64,000 bases of DNA. Source: a virus. Its lineage: Duplodnaviria; Heunggongvirae; Uroviricota; Caudoviricetes. Positions 11,437 through 22,585 of this stretch are shown here, in pieces. Each line of letters starts with the position of its first letter. The first letter of the stretch is position 1. Where the stretch lies: IMG/VR virus record IMGVR_UViG_3300049211_000031, positions 946 to 64,945 of that record. One strand, 5' to 3'. The position numbers and the translations under genes are program-made. A model generated the notes under the pieces. The model saw only the letters and a program-made list of their open reading frames with translations. It did no database searches and was not told the DNA's origin.

Positions 11437-14121
11437 ATGGTAAGCTCATTTACTAACATAAACCCTAATACAAGTCTCCCACCACAGATGATTCCGTTGT
11501 CAAGAAAGACGGACGCTTGGAAGGAAGACACTATGAATTGCCTAGAAAATATTGGTAGTTCCCAATATATTCACAACCTTTCTCTTATTGAAAATTATGA
11601 GATGGTGAAAGGTAAGTTCATATTTAAGCATTATTTGGAACAAGATGAATATGCTGATATGGTACATCAGCTTTCAAGAGAGTTTGAAGTTCCAAACTAC
11701 CTACGTCACTACGATATCATCTCTCAAGTAATCAATACTCTCTCGGGCGAATTCCAAAAGCGACCAGATAATTTTCGTGTTAAAGGCTTCGATGAGAATA
11801 CTACAAATAACTACATACGTGAAAAGTCAAGACTTCTTACAGAGTATGTAGCTCAAGAAATAAATAAAGAAATTGATCTTCGCCTGTCTGAAATGGGCTT
11901 TGATCCTTATAAGGAAGATTTTCAGTCTCCAGAAGAACAACAAGAATACACACAAGAGATTGATCAACAACGACAAGCTCTTACTCCTCCAGAGATTGAA
12001 AAGTACATGAAGTATAAGTGGCAGGATGCCGCTGAAATATGGGGACAACATCAGCTCGAACTAGATAGACATAGGTTCTCTCTACCTGAAAAGGAAAGAA
12101 AAGAGTTTGAGGATATGTTGATTGCTGACAGATGTTTCCGTCATTTCTACCTCACCTCTAATGGGTATAACCAAGAAACCTGGAATCCTGTTAACACATT
12201 CTTTCATAAATCCCCAGAAGTTGATTATATTGAAGAAGGAGACTATGTTGGTCGTATTCTTTTTCTTACAATTGGAGACGTTATTGATCGTTATGGGCAT
12301 CTCTTAACAAAAAGACAGCTTAAGAAACTTGAGAAGCAAAGGGATGTAATGGGAGCTGAAGTTGGTAGAGATGGGTATGGAATTCCCTATGGATCTATTG
12401 TTCCATACGCTAACTATCCAGACGGCAAACTTATAACAGACGCATTAGGATTTAATCCTGCAGCTCCAATTCCTACACTTAACGAATCATTCCTATCAGA
12501 TACTTCAGAAATTAATCCATTTTATCTTAACACTAGAGGATATGTAAAAGTAGTAGAGGCTTATTGGAAGTCTCAAAGGATGATAGGACAAATATGTTAT
12601 ATTGATCCTGAAACAGGGCTATTAGCTAAAGGTCTAGTAGATGAAACGTTTGTTCTTCCAGAAGGTTTCAAAGAAGCTAACTCCTCTCTCTACGATAATG
12701 AGAATACAGTAAACACTGTATGTTGGACATGGGTAAATGAAACTTGGAGTGGTAAGAAAATATGCAAGCATGGAACGGACATGTTAGAAGATTTATTCTT
12801 TGATGTCAAACCCGTGCCGTTTCAGTTTAAAGGGGATCACAATCCTTACTACTGTAAACTCCCTGTATGTGGACAAGTTTTCAGTAATAGGAACTCTCAA
12901 TCAATGTCTTTAGTGGATTTGATGAAACCTTGGCAAATTGGGTTTAACGTAGCTGCTAATCAGCTTTATCAAATCATGCAACGTGAAATTGGTCGCTTCC
13001 TAATTATGGATGTGAACATGCTTACTGGTATGAAAGATTGGGGTGGTGAGAATGCTTATGAGAAGTTTTTATTGGTTGCCAAGTCATTAGGTGTTACATT
13101 TGTTGATACAAGTCCTCAAAACCTTAAAGGGGCTAACATATCTAACACAATGCCCAGAGATGTAGACTTAGATGAGTCTTCTCGTATGATTTCTAGGGCT
13201 AAACTTATGGAGTTTTTTGAACAACGTGCCCTATCACAAGTTGGTATCACTCCACAACGTTTAGGTAATGTTGCTGCTTCAGAAACTGCCACAGGCACAC
13301 AACAGGCTGTCACTCAATCTTTCGCACAAACAGAGAGCTACTTCACAAGATTTAACGAGTATAAGAAGCGTACGTTCAAGATGAATCTTGATATAGCTCA
13401 ATATGTACAGTCTAAAGAACAAGACGTCACTATTACATATACTAAGAGTGATATGAGTAGAGCCTTTATTAAGATTAACGGCTTAGACCTATTGTTAGCT
13501 GATCTACATGTGTATGTATCTAATTCTCAAGAGGACGTACGTCAACTTGAGACATTACGTCAACTGTTTATGACTAATAATAATGTAGGAGCTACTCCTC
13601 TTGATCTTGCTACTGTTATTACTTCTAATAGTCCTGCAGAAATTAAAGTACAGCTTGAAGTTGCTGCTGCTAATAATGAGAAGAAATACCAAGAACAAAT
13701 GCAGCTTGAACAGCAAAAGATGGAAACTGAAAAACAAATTGCTCAAGCTAAGATGGACTTTGAAGCAGAACAGAACCAACTTGACAGGGAGAATGAACTT
13801 CAAAAAGCCTATATTGCATCGTTCTCACGTCAGGATGATAACACCAAAGATCAAGACGCAACAGGTATTCCTGATATATTAGAATACGATAAACTTGCTG
13901 TCACCGTAGATGCTCAAACTCAGAAACTTCAACTTGAAAGAGAAAAAGCTCAAAATGATAGAGAGAAGTTTATAATAGACCAAGAAATGAAATTAAGAGA
14001 GCTCGCTCTTAAGCAAAGAGAGCTAGAAGTGCGTCAAAGAATTGAGCAAGAAAAGGTAAAAGTAGCAAAAATAAACAAAAACAAATACGATAAAAAGACA
14101 CCTTCTAAGAAGAAAAAATAA
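11437..14121 (+). CDS. portal protein
   Basis: follows TerL; 894 aa with coiled-coil C-terminus; crAss-like portal features (HYDII, NPVNTF, SLVDLMKPWQ). Confidence 0.88.
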   Translation: MVSSFTNINPNTSLPPQMIPLSRKTDAWKEDTMNCLENIGSSQYIHNLSLIENYEMVKGKFIFKHYLEQDEYADMVHQLSREFEVPNYLRHYDIISQVINTLSGEFQKRPDNFRVKGFDENTTNNYIREKSRLLTEYVAQEINKEIDLRLSEMGFDPYKEDFQSPEEQQEYTQEIDQQRQALTPPEIEKYMKYKWQDAAEIWGQHQLELDRHRFSLPEKERKEFEDMLIADRCFRHFYLTSNGYNQETWNPVNTFFHKSPEVDYIEEGDYVGRILFLTIGDVIDRYGHLLTKRQLKKLEKQRDVMGAEVGRDGYGIPYGSIVPYANYPDGKLITDALGFNPAAPIPTLNESFLSDTSEINPFYLNTRGYVKVVEAYWKSQRMIGQICYIDPETGLLAKGLVDETFVLPEGFKEANSSLYDNENTVNTVCWTWVNETWSGKKICKHGTDMLEDLFFDVKPVPFQFKGDHNPYYCKLPVCGQVFSNRNSQSMSLVDLMKPWQIGFNVAANQLYQIMQREIGRFLIMDVNMLTGMKDWGGENAYEKFLLVAKSLGVTFVDTSPQNLKGANISNTMPRDVDLDESSRMISRAKLMEFFEQRALSQVGITPQRLGNVAASETATGTQQAVTQSFAQTESYFTRFNEYKKRTFKMNLDIAQYVQSKEQDVTITYTKSDMSRAFIKINGLDLLLADLHVYVSNSQEDVRQLETLRQLFMTNNNVGATPLDLATVITSNSPAEIKVQLEVAAANNEKKYQEQMQLEQQKMETEKQIAQAKMDFEAEQNQLDRENELQKAYIASFSRQDDNTKDQDATGIPDILEYDKLAVTVDAQTQKLQLEREKAQNDREKFIIDQEMKLRELALKQRELEVRQRIEQEKVKVAKINKNKYDKKTPSKKKK

Positions 14122-14155
14122 GAAATGCCATATATCATCAACAATAAAGATGGTA

Positions 14156-14187
14156 TTTGCGTAATCATAAATAGTTACTTAAATTTG
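14156..14187 (+). promoter_or_regulatory. canonical promoter of scaffold-capsid operon
   Basis: TTTG 14156-59, TAAATTTG 14180-87, 20-nt spacer. Confidence 0.75.
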
Positions 14188-14218
14188 CATAAGATAATAC
14201 ATTAAAAACCAATCAACA

Positions 14219-15481
14219 ATGGATGGATTAGAAACAACTATTGTAAATATTGACGAATCAGCACTAGAGCAGCTGTTCGATGAAACTCCAGAGAAGACAG
14301 TGAATGCTGACACTCTTATTGGAGGACGTAAAGAAAAAACATCCTCTCAGAATGAAGAAAATGAAGTTGAAGAGGAAGAAGTAGAAGAAGCACCAAAGAA
14401 AAAGGCTGCACCTAAACAACCTAAAGTAAGACAAGAAGAAGCTATCATTGACCTCAATGATAACGACATTGAAGACTTCAACGAAAACAACGACGAAGAA
14501 GAAAATGAAGTAGAAGAAGAGGAAGAAGAAAAGCCTAAGAAACCTACAAAGAAATCTGAATCTGCTCAGAAAGCTCAAGAGGCTGAAGAAAAGAAAGGAG
14601 AAGTATTCTCAGTATTAAAACACACTGTAGATTATCTAGTTGAGCAGGGCGCGTGGGAAGATTTTGAAGGACGTGAAGAAATGGAACTTGATGAGGAAGC
14701 TTATGCTAAACTTGTTATGGAACAAGATAAGCGTCGTGTTCAAGGAATGTTTGAAGAACTAGTTGACAGTACTGGTCCATTTGGAAAAGCTATTATTGAC
14801 TATGTAAAAAATGGTGGAAACCCTGATGAGATTATAGACCTATTTAAAGAACAAAAACAAATTGATAGTATTAATATCAATACTCTTGAAGGTCAAAAAG
14901 AAATCATCAAGCATTACTACACAGAAGTGATGGGATGGAAACTAGAAAAAGCAGAAAAATATATTTCTAATCTTGTTCTTTCAGATGAATTAGAAGCTGA
15001 AGCTCAGGAAGTAAAAGAGAATATAAGCACATTCTATCAAAAGGAAACTCAGCGCCTAAACCAAGAGCGTGAAGCTTTTGCTAAGAGACAAGAGGAAGCA
15101 GAACAGGCTTTTGAATCTAATATTCGTTCTGCTGTTAAAGAACGCAAAGATCTGACATCTTCTGAGCGTAAAACTGTCGAAGACTATCTTCTACGTTATG
15201 ATCAAAAGTTACCAAATGGTAATATGGTGAATAAGTTCTACGTTAATTTCGCTAAAATGCAGGCCAATCCTGCTGATTATATTGACCTTGTACTTTTTGT
15301 AATGGATAAACAAAAATTCGTTCAGAAAGTAGCTACAAAGGAAAAAACAGAAGCTGCTGCTAGCGCCTTTAAATTTATAAAAGGTAATGGTGCAGTATCT
15401 GCTAAAAAAGGCTCTTCTTATGAGCAAATTAGAAAGAATGATAAAGTCACCGGGTTTGACTGGGGGCTTCCTTCAAAATAA
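14219..15481 (+). CDS. putative capsid scaffolding protein
   Basis: highly acidic N-terminus, helical, lies between portal and MCP. Confidence 0.7.
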   Translation: MDGLETTIVNIDESALEQLFDETPEKTVNADTLIGGRKEKTSSQNEENEVEEEEVEEAPKKKAAPKQPKVRQEEAIIDLNDNDIEDFNENNDEEENEVEEEEEEKPKKPTKKSESAQKAQEAEEKKGEVFSVLKHTVDYLVEQGAWEDFEGREEMELDEEAYAKLVMEQDKRRVQGMFEELVDSTGPFGKAIIDYVKNGGNPDEIIDLFKEQKQIDSININTLEGQKEIIKHYYTEVMGWKLEKAEKYISNLVLSDELEAEAQEVKENISTFYQKETQRLNQEREAFAKRQEEAEQAFESNIRSAVKERKDLTSSERKTVEDYLLRYDQKLPNGNMVNKFYVNFAKMQANPADYIDLVLFVMDKQKFVQKVATKEKTEAAASAFKFIKGNGAVSAKKGSSYEQIRKNDKVTGFDWGLPSK

Positions 15482-15512
15482 CAAAGTATAACCTAAAAAT
15501 TAAAATTTAAAC

Positions 15513-17141
15513 ATGGCAAAGATTCAAACACCTAGTCTAACTGGTTTTAACAACTCTGTTGTTGTTGGACAGACTAAGTTTGATATTAACAAGTACACCG
15601 ACCTGAACAGCCTTTACAGTCTGTATAGGAAAGACTCATTCACTACATACAAGGGGATGATCCATTTGTGGAACCAGCGTAAGCTGATGAACACTCCATT
15701 GATCTCTCAGACTGAGCTTAATAATTCTGTAATGTATGTGAACGGTCCTGAAGGCAAGTTCCGTTATAGCATTCCATATGATATGGGTCTTCCATACTCT
15801 GTGGAAGATATGACTGGTGACATAGAGCGCCCAGGTCTCGATGGACAAAAGTTTAAGATCAAACTTAGTGAAAACTGTTTTACTAATACAGATATTATCA
15901 CCTACGACTTACGTGATGGTGTTACTCTATACATCACTGAAGAGGAAATCTACGAAGAAAGTGATGGCTGGGTGTACACAGTAATTATTCCTACTTCAAA
16001 CAAGACAAAATCATTCCCTAAACGTTTCTTGCAACCCGGCGTGGAATACTGCAAAATTACAAACGTTAATGGTGAGTATGATACTCAAAAGTCAAGCATC
16101 TGGCTGCGTCAAGGTTCTTTAGATCTTGAAATGCAACTTGGAGGTGGACGCTCAGTTTACCACTGGATTACTGCATATGCAGATATGTTAAAGGTAGACG
16201 GAGGTGATCCTCGCTACGGTTGGATGAACCAATATGCTGATTTGAAGAAAAATAACTCAACTCTTGTATTCTTCAACAAGGATCAATATGGTAATGCTAT
16301 TCCTTCTTCAGTGAAGTGGATGAACCGTATTGAAGCTATGTTGTGGGCTGAGATGAAGATGATGGAAGAAAAAGACTTGATGTGGAATAAAGGTGGTATT
16401 GTAGTTGGTTCTGGTGGTCGTCATGTTCGTGTAAACACAGGTTTATATGAACAGATGAGAAACGGTAATCGTGTGCAGTATACAACCCTAACACTAGCTC
16501 TAATTGAGGAAACTCTTTCTAACCTGTTCTACAACTCAGGAGTTCCTTTCGAACAACGTAGAACAAAAATTATGGTTGGTACTGGGGCTATGATTGAGGT
16601 TAGCAAGCTTCTTGCTGACGACTTCAAACACAGCAATCCATTCCTTGTAAATGCTGGTGATGTTAAAGGTTATCTATATGGCAATGCTATGAATCTGGGC
16701 TATGGTTTCAGATTTACGTCTAAGCGTTGGCCTGTAGCAGGTGAAGTTACTTTTGAGTACAATCCTGCTCTTGATAACACTTACAATCGTATCCAAGATG
16801 GACTAATTGGTGAATTCCCAATTGAATCATATACTCTGATGATTCTTGACATTACTGATGGTGGTACCTCAAATGCTGCCGGTAAACCTAGAGAAGTTGA
16901 ATATCGTGTTCAAGACGGTTTCAATGATAACTCTAATCTTGTAATGATTAAAACTGAAGGGTATGCTGATACTATCTGGGGATACGAACTTGGTACACAT
17001 TCGCCACTTGGTACTAAAGGTCCAATCTACTCAAGTTCTCAACGTGATGGTTATGCCATCTGGATGAAGAACATGAGTTCTATCTGGTTGAAAGACGCTA
17101 CTCGTTCAGTAATTATTGAGAAGAAAAGAACATTGTTCTAA
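15513..17141 (+). CDS. major capsid protein (HK97 fold, crAss-like)
   Basis: 542 aa, position, highly-expressed codon usage, NTGLYEQM motif, followed by terminator. Confidence 0.85.
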   Translation: MAKIQTPSLTGFNNSVVVGQTKFDINKYTDLNSLYSLYRKDSFTTYKGMIHLWNQRKLMNTPLISQTELNNSVMYVNGPEGKFRYSIPYDMGLPYSVEDMTGDIERPGLDGQKFKIKLSENCFTNTDIITYDLRDGVTLYITEEEIYEESDGWVYTVIIPTSNKTKSFPKRFLQPGVEYCKITNVNGEYDTQKSSIWLRQGSLDLEMQLGGGRSVYHWITAYADMLKVDGGDPRYGWMNQYADLKKNNSTLVFFNKDQYGNAIPSSVKWMNRIEAMLWAEMKMMEEKDLMWNKGGIVVGSGGRHVRVNTGLYEQMRNGNRVQYTTLTLALIEETLSNLFYNSGVPFEQRRTKIMVGTGAMIEVSKLLADDFKHSNPFLVNAGDVKGYLYGNAMNLGYGFRFTSKRWPVAGEVTFEYNPALDNTYNRIQDGLIGEFPIESYTLMILDITDGGTSNAAGKPREVEYRVQDGFNDNSNLVMIKTEGYADTIWGYELGTHSPLGTKGPIYSSSQRDGYAIWMKNMSSIWLKDATRSVIIEKKRTLF

Positions 17142-17156
17142 TCTACTATAGGCTTT

Positions 17157-17187
17157 GAAAGTTGTGCCCACTAAACAACTTTCTTTT
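17157..17187 (+). terminator. intrinsic terminator after MCP
   Basis: GAAAGTTGT-loop-ACAACTTTC plus TTTT. Confidence 0.7.
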
Positions 17188-17244
17188 AATTTATTAGGAG
17201 TAGGATTTTTATCTAAATCACTCCATAAAAAACCAAACAAATCA

Positions 17245-18132
17245 ATGAGTACATTAATTGAAGTGAAACAAGCACCTGATCAAAGCGCACAGTCTATAGG
17301 ACTTGATAAGTATAATCGGAGCAAGTTTCCAAAGGTATTTGAAATCATGCAGCCCGGTCGTACTCCGGATGGCAGATGGGTAACAGGACTTGATGAAAGG
17401 GCCACTTCTCTAAACCAAATTAAAGATCCTGTGCTGCAGGCTCAACGTAGAGAAGAAATCCGTGAACTCAGAGAAGAACTAGAACGTCTAACAAATCTAG
17501 ACCTCTCCGCTACTTCTAAGTACTGGGAAACCTATTTTATAAAAATAGTAGATAAACTAGCACTGAATTTTGACTTAGCTAGTGATCGTATAAAATACTA
17601 TGTACTTCTGGCAAATGAATACGCTGCTCCTGAGTTAGAAGCGCGTAACAATCCAGATTTAATAAATACAAAGTTTTACGTACATCGTACAGAAACTGAA
17701 GAAGGTTCTAAAGCTATTAAGAGCAAGGAACGTGATAAAGCTATCGCCACTCTTTATAATATGTCCGAGAATCAAGACAAGCTTACACTTATTGGTAAGT
17801 ATGTTCTTGGTACAAAGGTCAAGAACGGTATGAGTAGTAACAGCATCTATAATATTCTTCGCAGTCATATAGAAACGGATAAAGATGGCGGTATTGTGCG
17901 TAAATTCAATGAGGCTACTTCTAAAACAATAGAAGAGTTACAATACAAACTTGTTATTGATGACGCTGTTTCTAAACACGTTATCCGTATTAGAGAAGGA
18001 TATTACCAAAGAGGTAACGCTACTTATGGTAAGAGTATAAAAGAGGTAGTCAAATATCTAAGTTCTCCTGAAAACGCTAATGAGTTTGCTTCTATTAAAG
18101 AAGAATTAGAAGAAAAACGTACTTTAGGTTAA
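17245..18132 (+). CDS. conserved virion-module protein (start ATG 17245)
   Basis: ORF 17155..18132; upstream part overlaps terminator. Confidence 0.75.
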   Translation: MSTLIEVKQAPDQSAQSIGLDKYNRSKFPKVFEIMQPGRTPDGRWVTGLDERATSLNQIKDPVLQAQRREEIRELREELERLTNLDLSATSKYWETYFIKIVDKLALNFDLASDRIKYYVLLANEYAAPELEARNNPDLINTKFYVHRTETEEGSKAIKSKERDKAIATLYNMSENQDKLTLIGKYVLGTKVKNGMSSNSIYNILRSHIETDKDGGIVRKFNEATSKTIEELQYKLVIDDAVSKHVIRIREGYYQRGNATYGKSIKEVVKYLSSPENANEFASIKEELEEKRTLG

Positions 18133-18143
18133 AACTTTAACAG

Positions 18144-18815
18144 ATGACATCTGCAGAGGCCTTCAAAAGATTTCAGCTCAAAATAAACAAGAATGATACA
18201 AACACTGATGTTGATATTAACAGAGGTGAATTTGTACTTCTTTACAATGAGCAGAAAGATATATGGTTAAGAGAGAAGGTACATACATACCAATCTTCAG
18301 ATGCTGTTCATGACCTTCAAGAAATTCAAGTTAAATATAAAGAGCTAGAACTTCTTTACAGAGAAAAGGACTACGATGTATTCAACCTCCCTGATAATTT
18401 CTCAGACTATATAAGTTCTTATTCTTTGTGTACTGATGGAACTTGTCCAGACATAATTATAAGACATCTTCCTTTCAAACCAAAGAATGAAAATATGCTA
18501 TTAGAGAGCAGTAATTATGAGCCCTCTTTAGAGTTTGAAGAAACTGTCGTAGATTTGTCTAATAATCAGCTATTTGTATACAAAAAGGACTTTAGCGTTA
18601 CAAAAACATTGCTCAATTACTACAGGAATGTAGGAGCAATAGATATAGAAGGATATATAAAGCTTGATGGTTCTCTTTCTACAAACATAGACCCTGATTT
18701 AACAGATTTATATGTTGATGAAATATTGAATCGCTGTGCTAAGGAGGTTATAAGAAGATATGAAAACCCTGAAGGCTTTCAATTAGCTCAGGATAGATTA
18801 AATAGTGAAAAATAA
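18144..18815 (+). CDS. putative head-tail ring/adaptor protein
   Basis: position and size in crAss-like structural module. Confidence 0.55.
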   Translation: MTSAEAFKRFQLKINKNDTNTDVDINRGEFVLLYNEQKDIWLREKVHTYQSSDAVHDLQEIQVKYKELELLYREKDYDVFNLPDNFSDYISSYSLCTDGTCPDIIIRHLPFKPKNENMLLESSNYEPSLEFEETVVDLSNNQLFVYKKDFSVTKTLLNYYRNVGAIDIEGYIKLDGSLSTNIDPDLTDLYVDEILNRCAKEVIRRYENPEGFQLAQDRLNSEK

Positions 18816-18838
18816 AAATTTTAAAACAATAACAACAG

Positions 18839-21025
18839 ATGCAGAATCAATCGTTTAGACGTGTATTCGTTAGTAATACTCCCGTCTTACTTGCGTCAGG
18901 TACAACCGTGGATCTAGCAGTAGGTCAAGTAGGTTTCTTTGATGGAAACACATACACAGCTACTACAGCTCCCACTTACGCAACAAACAAAGCAATCTAC
19001 ATTGGCCAAGGGATGCCCGATGTAAGTCACTTGCCTTTAATGGCAGGAATCCCACAAACTAATCAGCTTTCTAAACTGATTAAGGGTAAACTGTTAAAGA
19101 AAATTCGTCGTAAATCAGCTAGTCGTGGTCAAAACCAAGTTGTAGCTATAGGTTTCGATGGTATTGACACAACTAAAACATTATCTGCTCGCTGCGGTGA
19201 GGTACGTACAGTATATGTTAAGGCAACAGGTAACCCAATTGATAAACTATATTCTAAACACGGCTTTATTCGTCAATACCGTATTGACACTGGTTGTTGC
19301 GATGAATGCGGCGGAGATTCTTGCGCAGATGTAGACCCTTCAGCACTTGCTGACATTCTAGTTGAGAAAATCAACACAGATCCTAAATGGAATGCAGGTG
19401 GTGGTCAACTATTCCGCGCTAGAAAAGTATTAAGTTCTGCTTTAGATACCACAGGTACTACAGTATATAATATATACAATTTAGTTATTGCTGATAATGG
19501 TGATGAAGCCTCATTAGCTACTGTTCAAGTACAGTACCCTGGATTTACTGTAAAACGTATATCTCGTGATGGTATCATAAGCACTTATGAGTTAATCGCT
19601 ACAAGTCTACCTGCTGCGTTTACAAATGCTGGTTTATTCACAATTGCTAATTGTGAGACATGTCCTACAGGCTATACATTAAACGCTAACCAATACATCT
19701 ACCTCGTTAGAAAGATGGATGCTGGAGATGCTGCAGCATTAGCTACTGTGACATCACAATATGGAATTGTATCTCCAGAAACAATTGCACGTATTGCATA
19801 TACATTCGGACAATCTACTTACATCATTAGAACATCTGCTGCCGTATCTCCTACTGCTGCTGCTAATGAAGTGCAAAGTGTAATTGCTACAGGTGCAACT
19901 GCTGGTAACTTCACATTAACTTTTGATGGTGAAACTACAGCTAACATCGCTTACAACGCGAACGCTGCTGCTGTTCAATCAGCTTTAGAAGCTCTGTCAA
20001 ATATTAATCCTGGTGACGTAACTGTTGCTGGTGGTGCTCTTCCAGGTACTGCTGTAACTATCACATTTGGTGGACAGTATGCAAATACTAACGTTCCTCA
20101 AATGACTGCCGATAGTTCTGGTTTAACTGGTGGTACTGCTGTTGTTTCAACAACAACTGCTGGTGCAGCTAGTGCTGGTACTTACCAACTGTTAGCTGAC
20201 AACCAGACTAGCACTTGCGTACTTACCACTCCAACTACTACAGCTTGGTCTGATGTAGGTGATTTATATGCTTTCCCTAAAGAATACACAATCACATTAC
20301 AAGATAATGTGTGCGGTGAGTCTCGTTTGACTGAATTACAAGCTTACTATCCAGACTTGACAATTGTTCAAGAAGCTGATGGTCCAGTAGATTGTATTCA
20401 TCAATATTCTACAACTATTCTTTCTGAGCCTACTTCAATAGATTGTGCGGTAGATCAATTAGTCTTCCCTCCAATCCCTGCATTTGGTAATGCTCAATGG
20501 AAAGAAGTAGCTACTACTCCTAGTGGTACTGTACAGGCTGGTGTATTAATTGAAACAGCCTTTGTAAATCGTATCACTGGTGATTGCACCTATGAGTACT
20601 TCCCATATGAAGCTGATACAATTCATATTGAAGTAAGTGAATACAATGCTGATTACAATGCTTCTCCTTGTGAGAATCGTTGGCCAGTTTCTGAAATTCA
20701 AAGTGTTAAATACCCTCAAGGTGTAGGTGCTCGTGTTCGTGATGAAGAAAAGAAATCTCTTTCTTACTTCTTACAAGAACGCTCTATGGATCCTGCTGTT
20801 CGTGAAGCTGAAGGCTACGTTCTTCAGACTAATCCTCAAGCATATTACGATGAGTTTACTATCGAATATGACTTCAAATACAAAGTAGGTGGATGGTCAG
20901 AGACTTACACAGACAGCTATCACCAAGTAATCTACGTACCAGAAGGTTCTGGTACTCAGCTGCAACAGGCTTTAATTACTTACGCTGAAAGCGTTGGTAA
21001 TGATGTAGAAATTGAATTGAACTAA
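18839..21025 (+). CDS. abundant virion structural protein (auxiliary capsid-like) with inserted Ala/Thr/Gly-rich domain
   Basis: highly-expressed codon bias, own terminator, Cys pairs, NEVQ...FTLTFDG insertion. Confidence 0.65.
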   Translation: MQNQSFRRVFVSNTPVLLASGTTVDLAVGQVGFFDGNTYTATTAPTYATNKAIYIGQGMPDVSHLPLMAGIPQTNQLSKLIKGKLLKKIRRKSASRGQNQVVAIGFDGIDTTKTLSARCGEVRTVYVKATGNPIDKLYSKHGFIRQYRIDTGCCDECGGDSCADVDPSALADILVEKINTDPKWNAGGGQLFRARKVLSSALDTTGTTVYNIYNLVIADNGDEASLATVQVQYPGFTVKRISRDGIISTYELIATSLPAAFTNAGLFTIANCETCPTGYTLNANQYIYLVRKMDAGDAAALATVTSQYGIVSPETIARIAYTFGQSTYIIRTSAAVSPTAAANEVQSVIATGATAGNFTLTFDGETTANIAYNANAAAVQSALEALSNINPGDVTVAGGALPGTAVTITFGGQYANTNVPQMTADSSGLTGGTAVVSTTTAGAASAGTYQLLADNQTSTCVLTTPTTTAWSDVGDLYAFPKEYTITLQDNVCGESRLTELQAYYPDLTIVQEADGPVDCIHQYSTTILSEPTSIDCAVDQLVFPPIPAFGNAQWKEVATTPSGTVQAGVLIETAFVNRITGDCTYEYFPYEADTIHIEVSEYNADYNASPCENRWPVSEIQSVKYPQGVGARVRDEEKKSLSYFLQERSMDPAVREAEGYVLQTNPQAYYDEFTIEYDFKYKVGGWSETYTDSYHQVIYVPEGSGTQLQQALITYAESVGNDVEIELN

Positions 21026-21046
21026 TCATTATTCATCTTTTAATAT

Positions 21047-21085
21047 TGGCGGGTGGGTGCTAAACCCGTCCGCCATTAATTTTTT
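21047..21085 (+). terminator. intrinsic terminator
   Basis: TGGCGGGTGGGT-gctaa-ACCCGTCCGCCA plus T-rich tail. Confidence 0.8.
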
Positions 21086-21637
21086 ATGAAGGGTTTCAGA
21101 CAACATATATTGGATTTTGAGATAATTCCTACAGGGAATTCCAAAACTCTTGTCTTTTTAGATTCATCAGACTACTTTAGAGAGCCTGAGAAACCTCTTC
21201 TTGAAGTAACTCTTCCTGGGTATAGTAAATATTTTCTAGTTAATATTACTGCGAGAAAGTTAAATACTCTTAATTCAAATACCATAGGACTTACAGAGCT
21301 TCTAAATAATGACTGTTTAATTGATTTACCAGATGGTATTTATACTTTTAAGTATAAAATTTGCCCTTATGATGAAACATATATAGTAAAGAAGTTCTTC
21401 AGGACTACATTATTAGAAAAGGAACTAGAAAACTTGTATAATCAAATAGAGAATCCAGAGAATATTACACCTGATGAGAGAATATTTGAATATAAGTTGG
21501 TAGAGATTCACGCAGGAATTGCAGGTGCTCAGGCAGTAGTAGAAAAGAATGAGAAAAGGGCTAATTCTTATTATAAAATAGCTCAAAAGCTAATAGGTGA
21601 ATTAACAGAAGGAATTTGTAATAAAAACTGTAGATAA
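21086..21637 (+). CDS. structural-module protein (possible fibre docking/hub)
   Basis: ORF; DLPDGIYTFKY beta domain followed by helical C-terminus. Confidence 0.65.
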   Translation: MKGFRQHILDFEIIPTGNSKTLVFLDSSDYFREPEKPLLEVTLPGYSKYFLVNITARKLNTLNSNTIGLTELLNNDCLIDLPDGIYTFKYKICPYDETYIVKKFFRTTLLEKELENLYNQIENPENITPDERIFEYKLVEIHAGIAGAQAVVEKNEKRANSYYKIAQKLIGELTEGICNKNCR

Positions 21638-21960
21638 TGGGATGTGCACCTTGTGAAGCAGCTAAGAGAGCAATGTCAGCTAGTAAAGTACAGACTATTC
21701 AGAAAACATCTGTTCAAAGTGAAGACTGTGAAATAACAATGGAACAAGTAGATGTATGGTTAAATAAGGTACAATGTGCTCAAGCTACAGGAGCTTACAC
21801 ACAAGTTCCTAATATAACAAAGAAACAGTTAAATATATATTTAAGTTTCTTACTTTCTGCTAAAAACTATGCTAATAACCCTTGTTACTTTCACAAAGAG
21901 CTTCAAGAAATCGAGAGTTTTGTCACTGTTTTAACAGCACTAAATTTATGCAACAACTAA
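21637..21960 (+). CDS. Cys-containing hypothetical protein
   Basis: ORF coupled to neighbours. Confidence 0.7.
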   Translation: MGCAPCEAAKRAMSASKVQTIQKTSVQSEDCEITMEQVDVWLNKVQCAQATGAYTQVPNITKKQLNIYLSFLLSAKNYANNPCYFHKELQEIESFVTVLTALNLCNN

Positions 21961-22109
21961 TAATATTTGCTGAGAGAATAAGAGGTAAGTACCTCTATGA
22001 AATAGATGACTGCAGATTTAGTGTGATAGACTTCTTAAAGACAAAATTTAAATATGATCAATATAACATAAAGAGGATTTGTAGTCTTCTTTATAAAAAA
22101 CAAAAATAA
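21948..22109 (+). CDS. small hypothetical protein
   Basis: ATG 21948 within ORF 21882..22109. Confidence 0.5.
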   Translation: MQQLIIFAERIRGKYLYEIDDCRFSVIDFLKTKFKYDQYNIKRICSLLYKKQK

Positions 22110-22567
22110 TGGCAACAAAGTATTCGTGCGGCACAATTGTTCCTTCTACATGTGTTCCCTATCAAGGAAAGGATTTGACTTTTCTTTCAACTGAAGATCA
22201 ACCTGCATGTGACGCTAATATAGATGATGTGTTTGATAAAATATCTGCAGCTATTAAAGCACTTCAAGAAGCTACAGATATGGCAAGTCAAACTTTATCT
22301 TGTGGAACACTTCCTACTACTAAAACAGTAAAGACAGTGTCACAGGCCCATGCTGATAAAATTTGTGCCTTGAGTGCTATGGTTACAACATTACAGCAGC
22401 AACTAGCAGGGCTAAATATTGCTAATGAACTTATTACGATAAATCTTGGATGCCTAGCATCCTCTGCCGCACCTTGTCAACAAGGAACAAACATCTATAC
22501 ACTCATATCTGTTCTTGCGTTATTTGCAAGTGAGATATGCGCAATCAAAACAGAATTAGGAATATAA
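22109..22567 (+). CDS. Cys-rich putative fibre/structural protein
   Basis: Cys-rich N-terminus plus coiled coil. Confidence 0.7.
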   Translation: MATKYSCGTIVPSTCVPYQGKDLTFLSTEDQPACDANIDDVFDKISAAIKALQEATDMASQTLSCGTLPTTKTVKTVSQAHADKICALSAMVTTLQQQLAGLNIANELITINLGCLASSAAPCQQGTNIYTLISVLALFASEICAIKTELGI

Positions 22568-22585
22568 CAATAAAAAATTATAACA

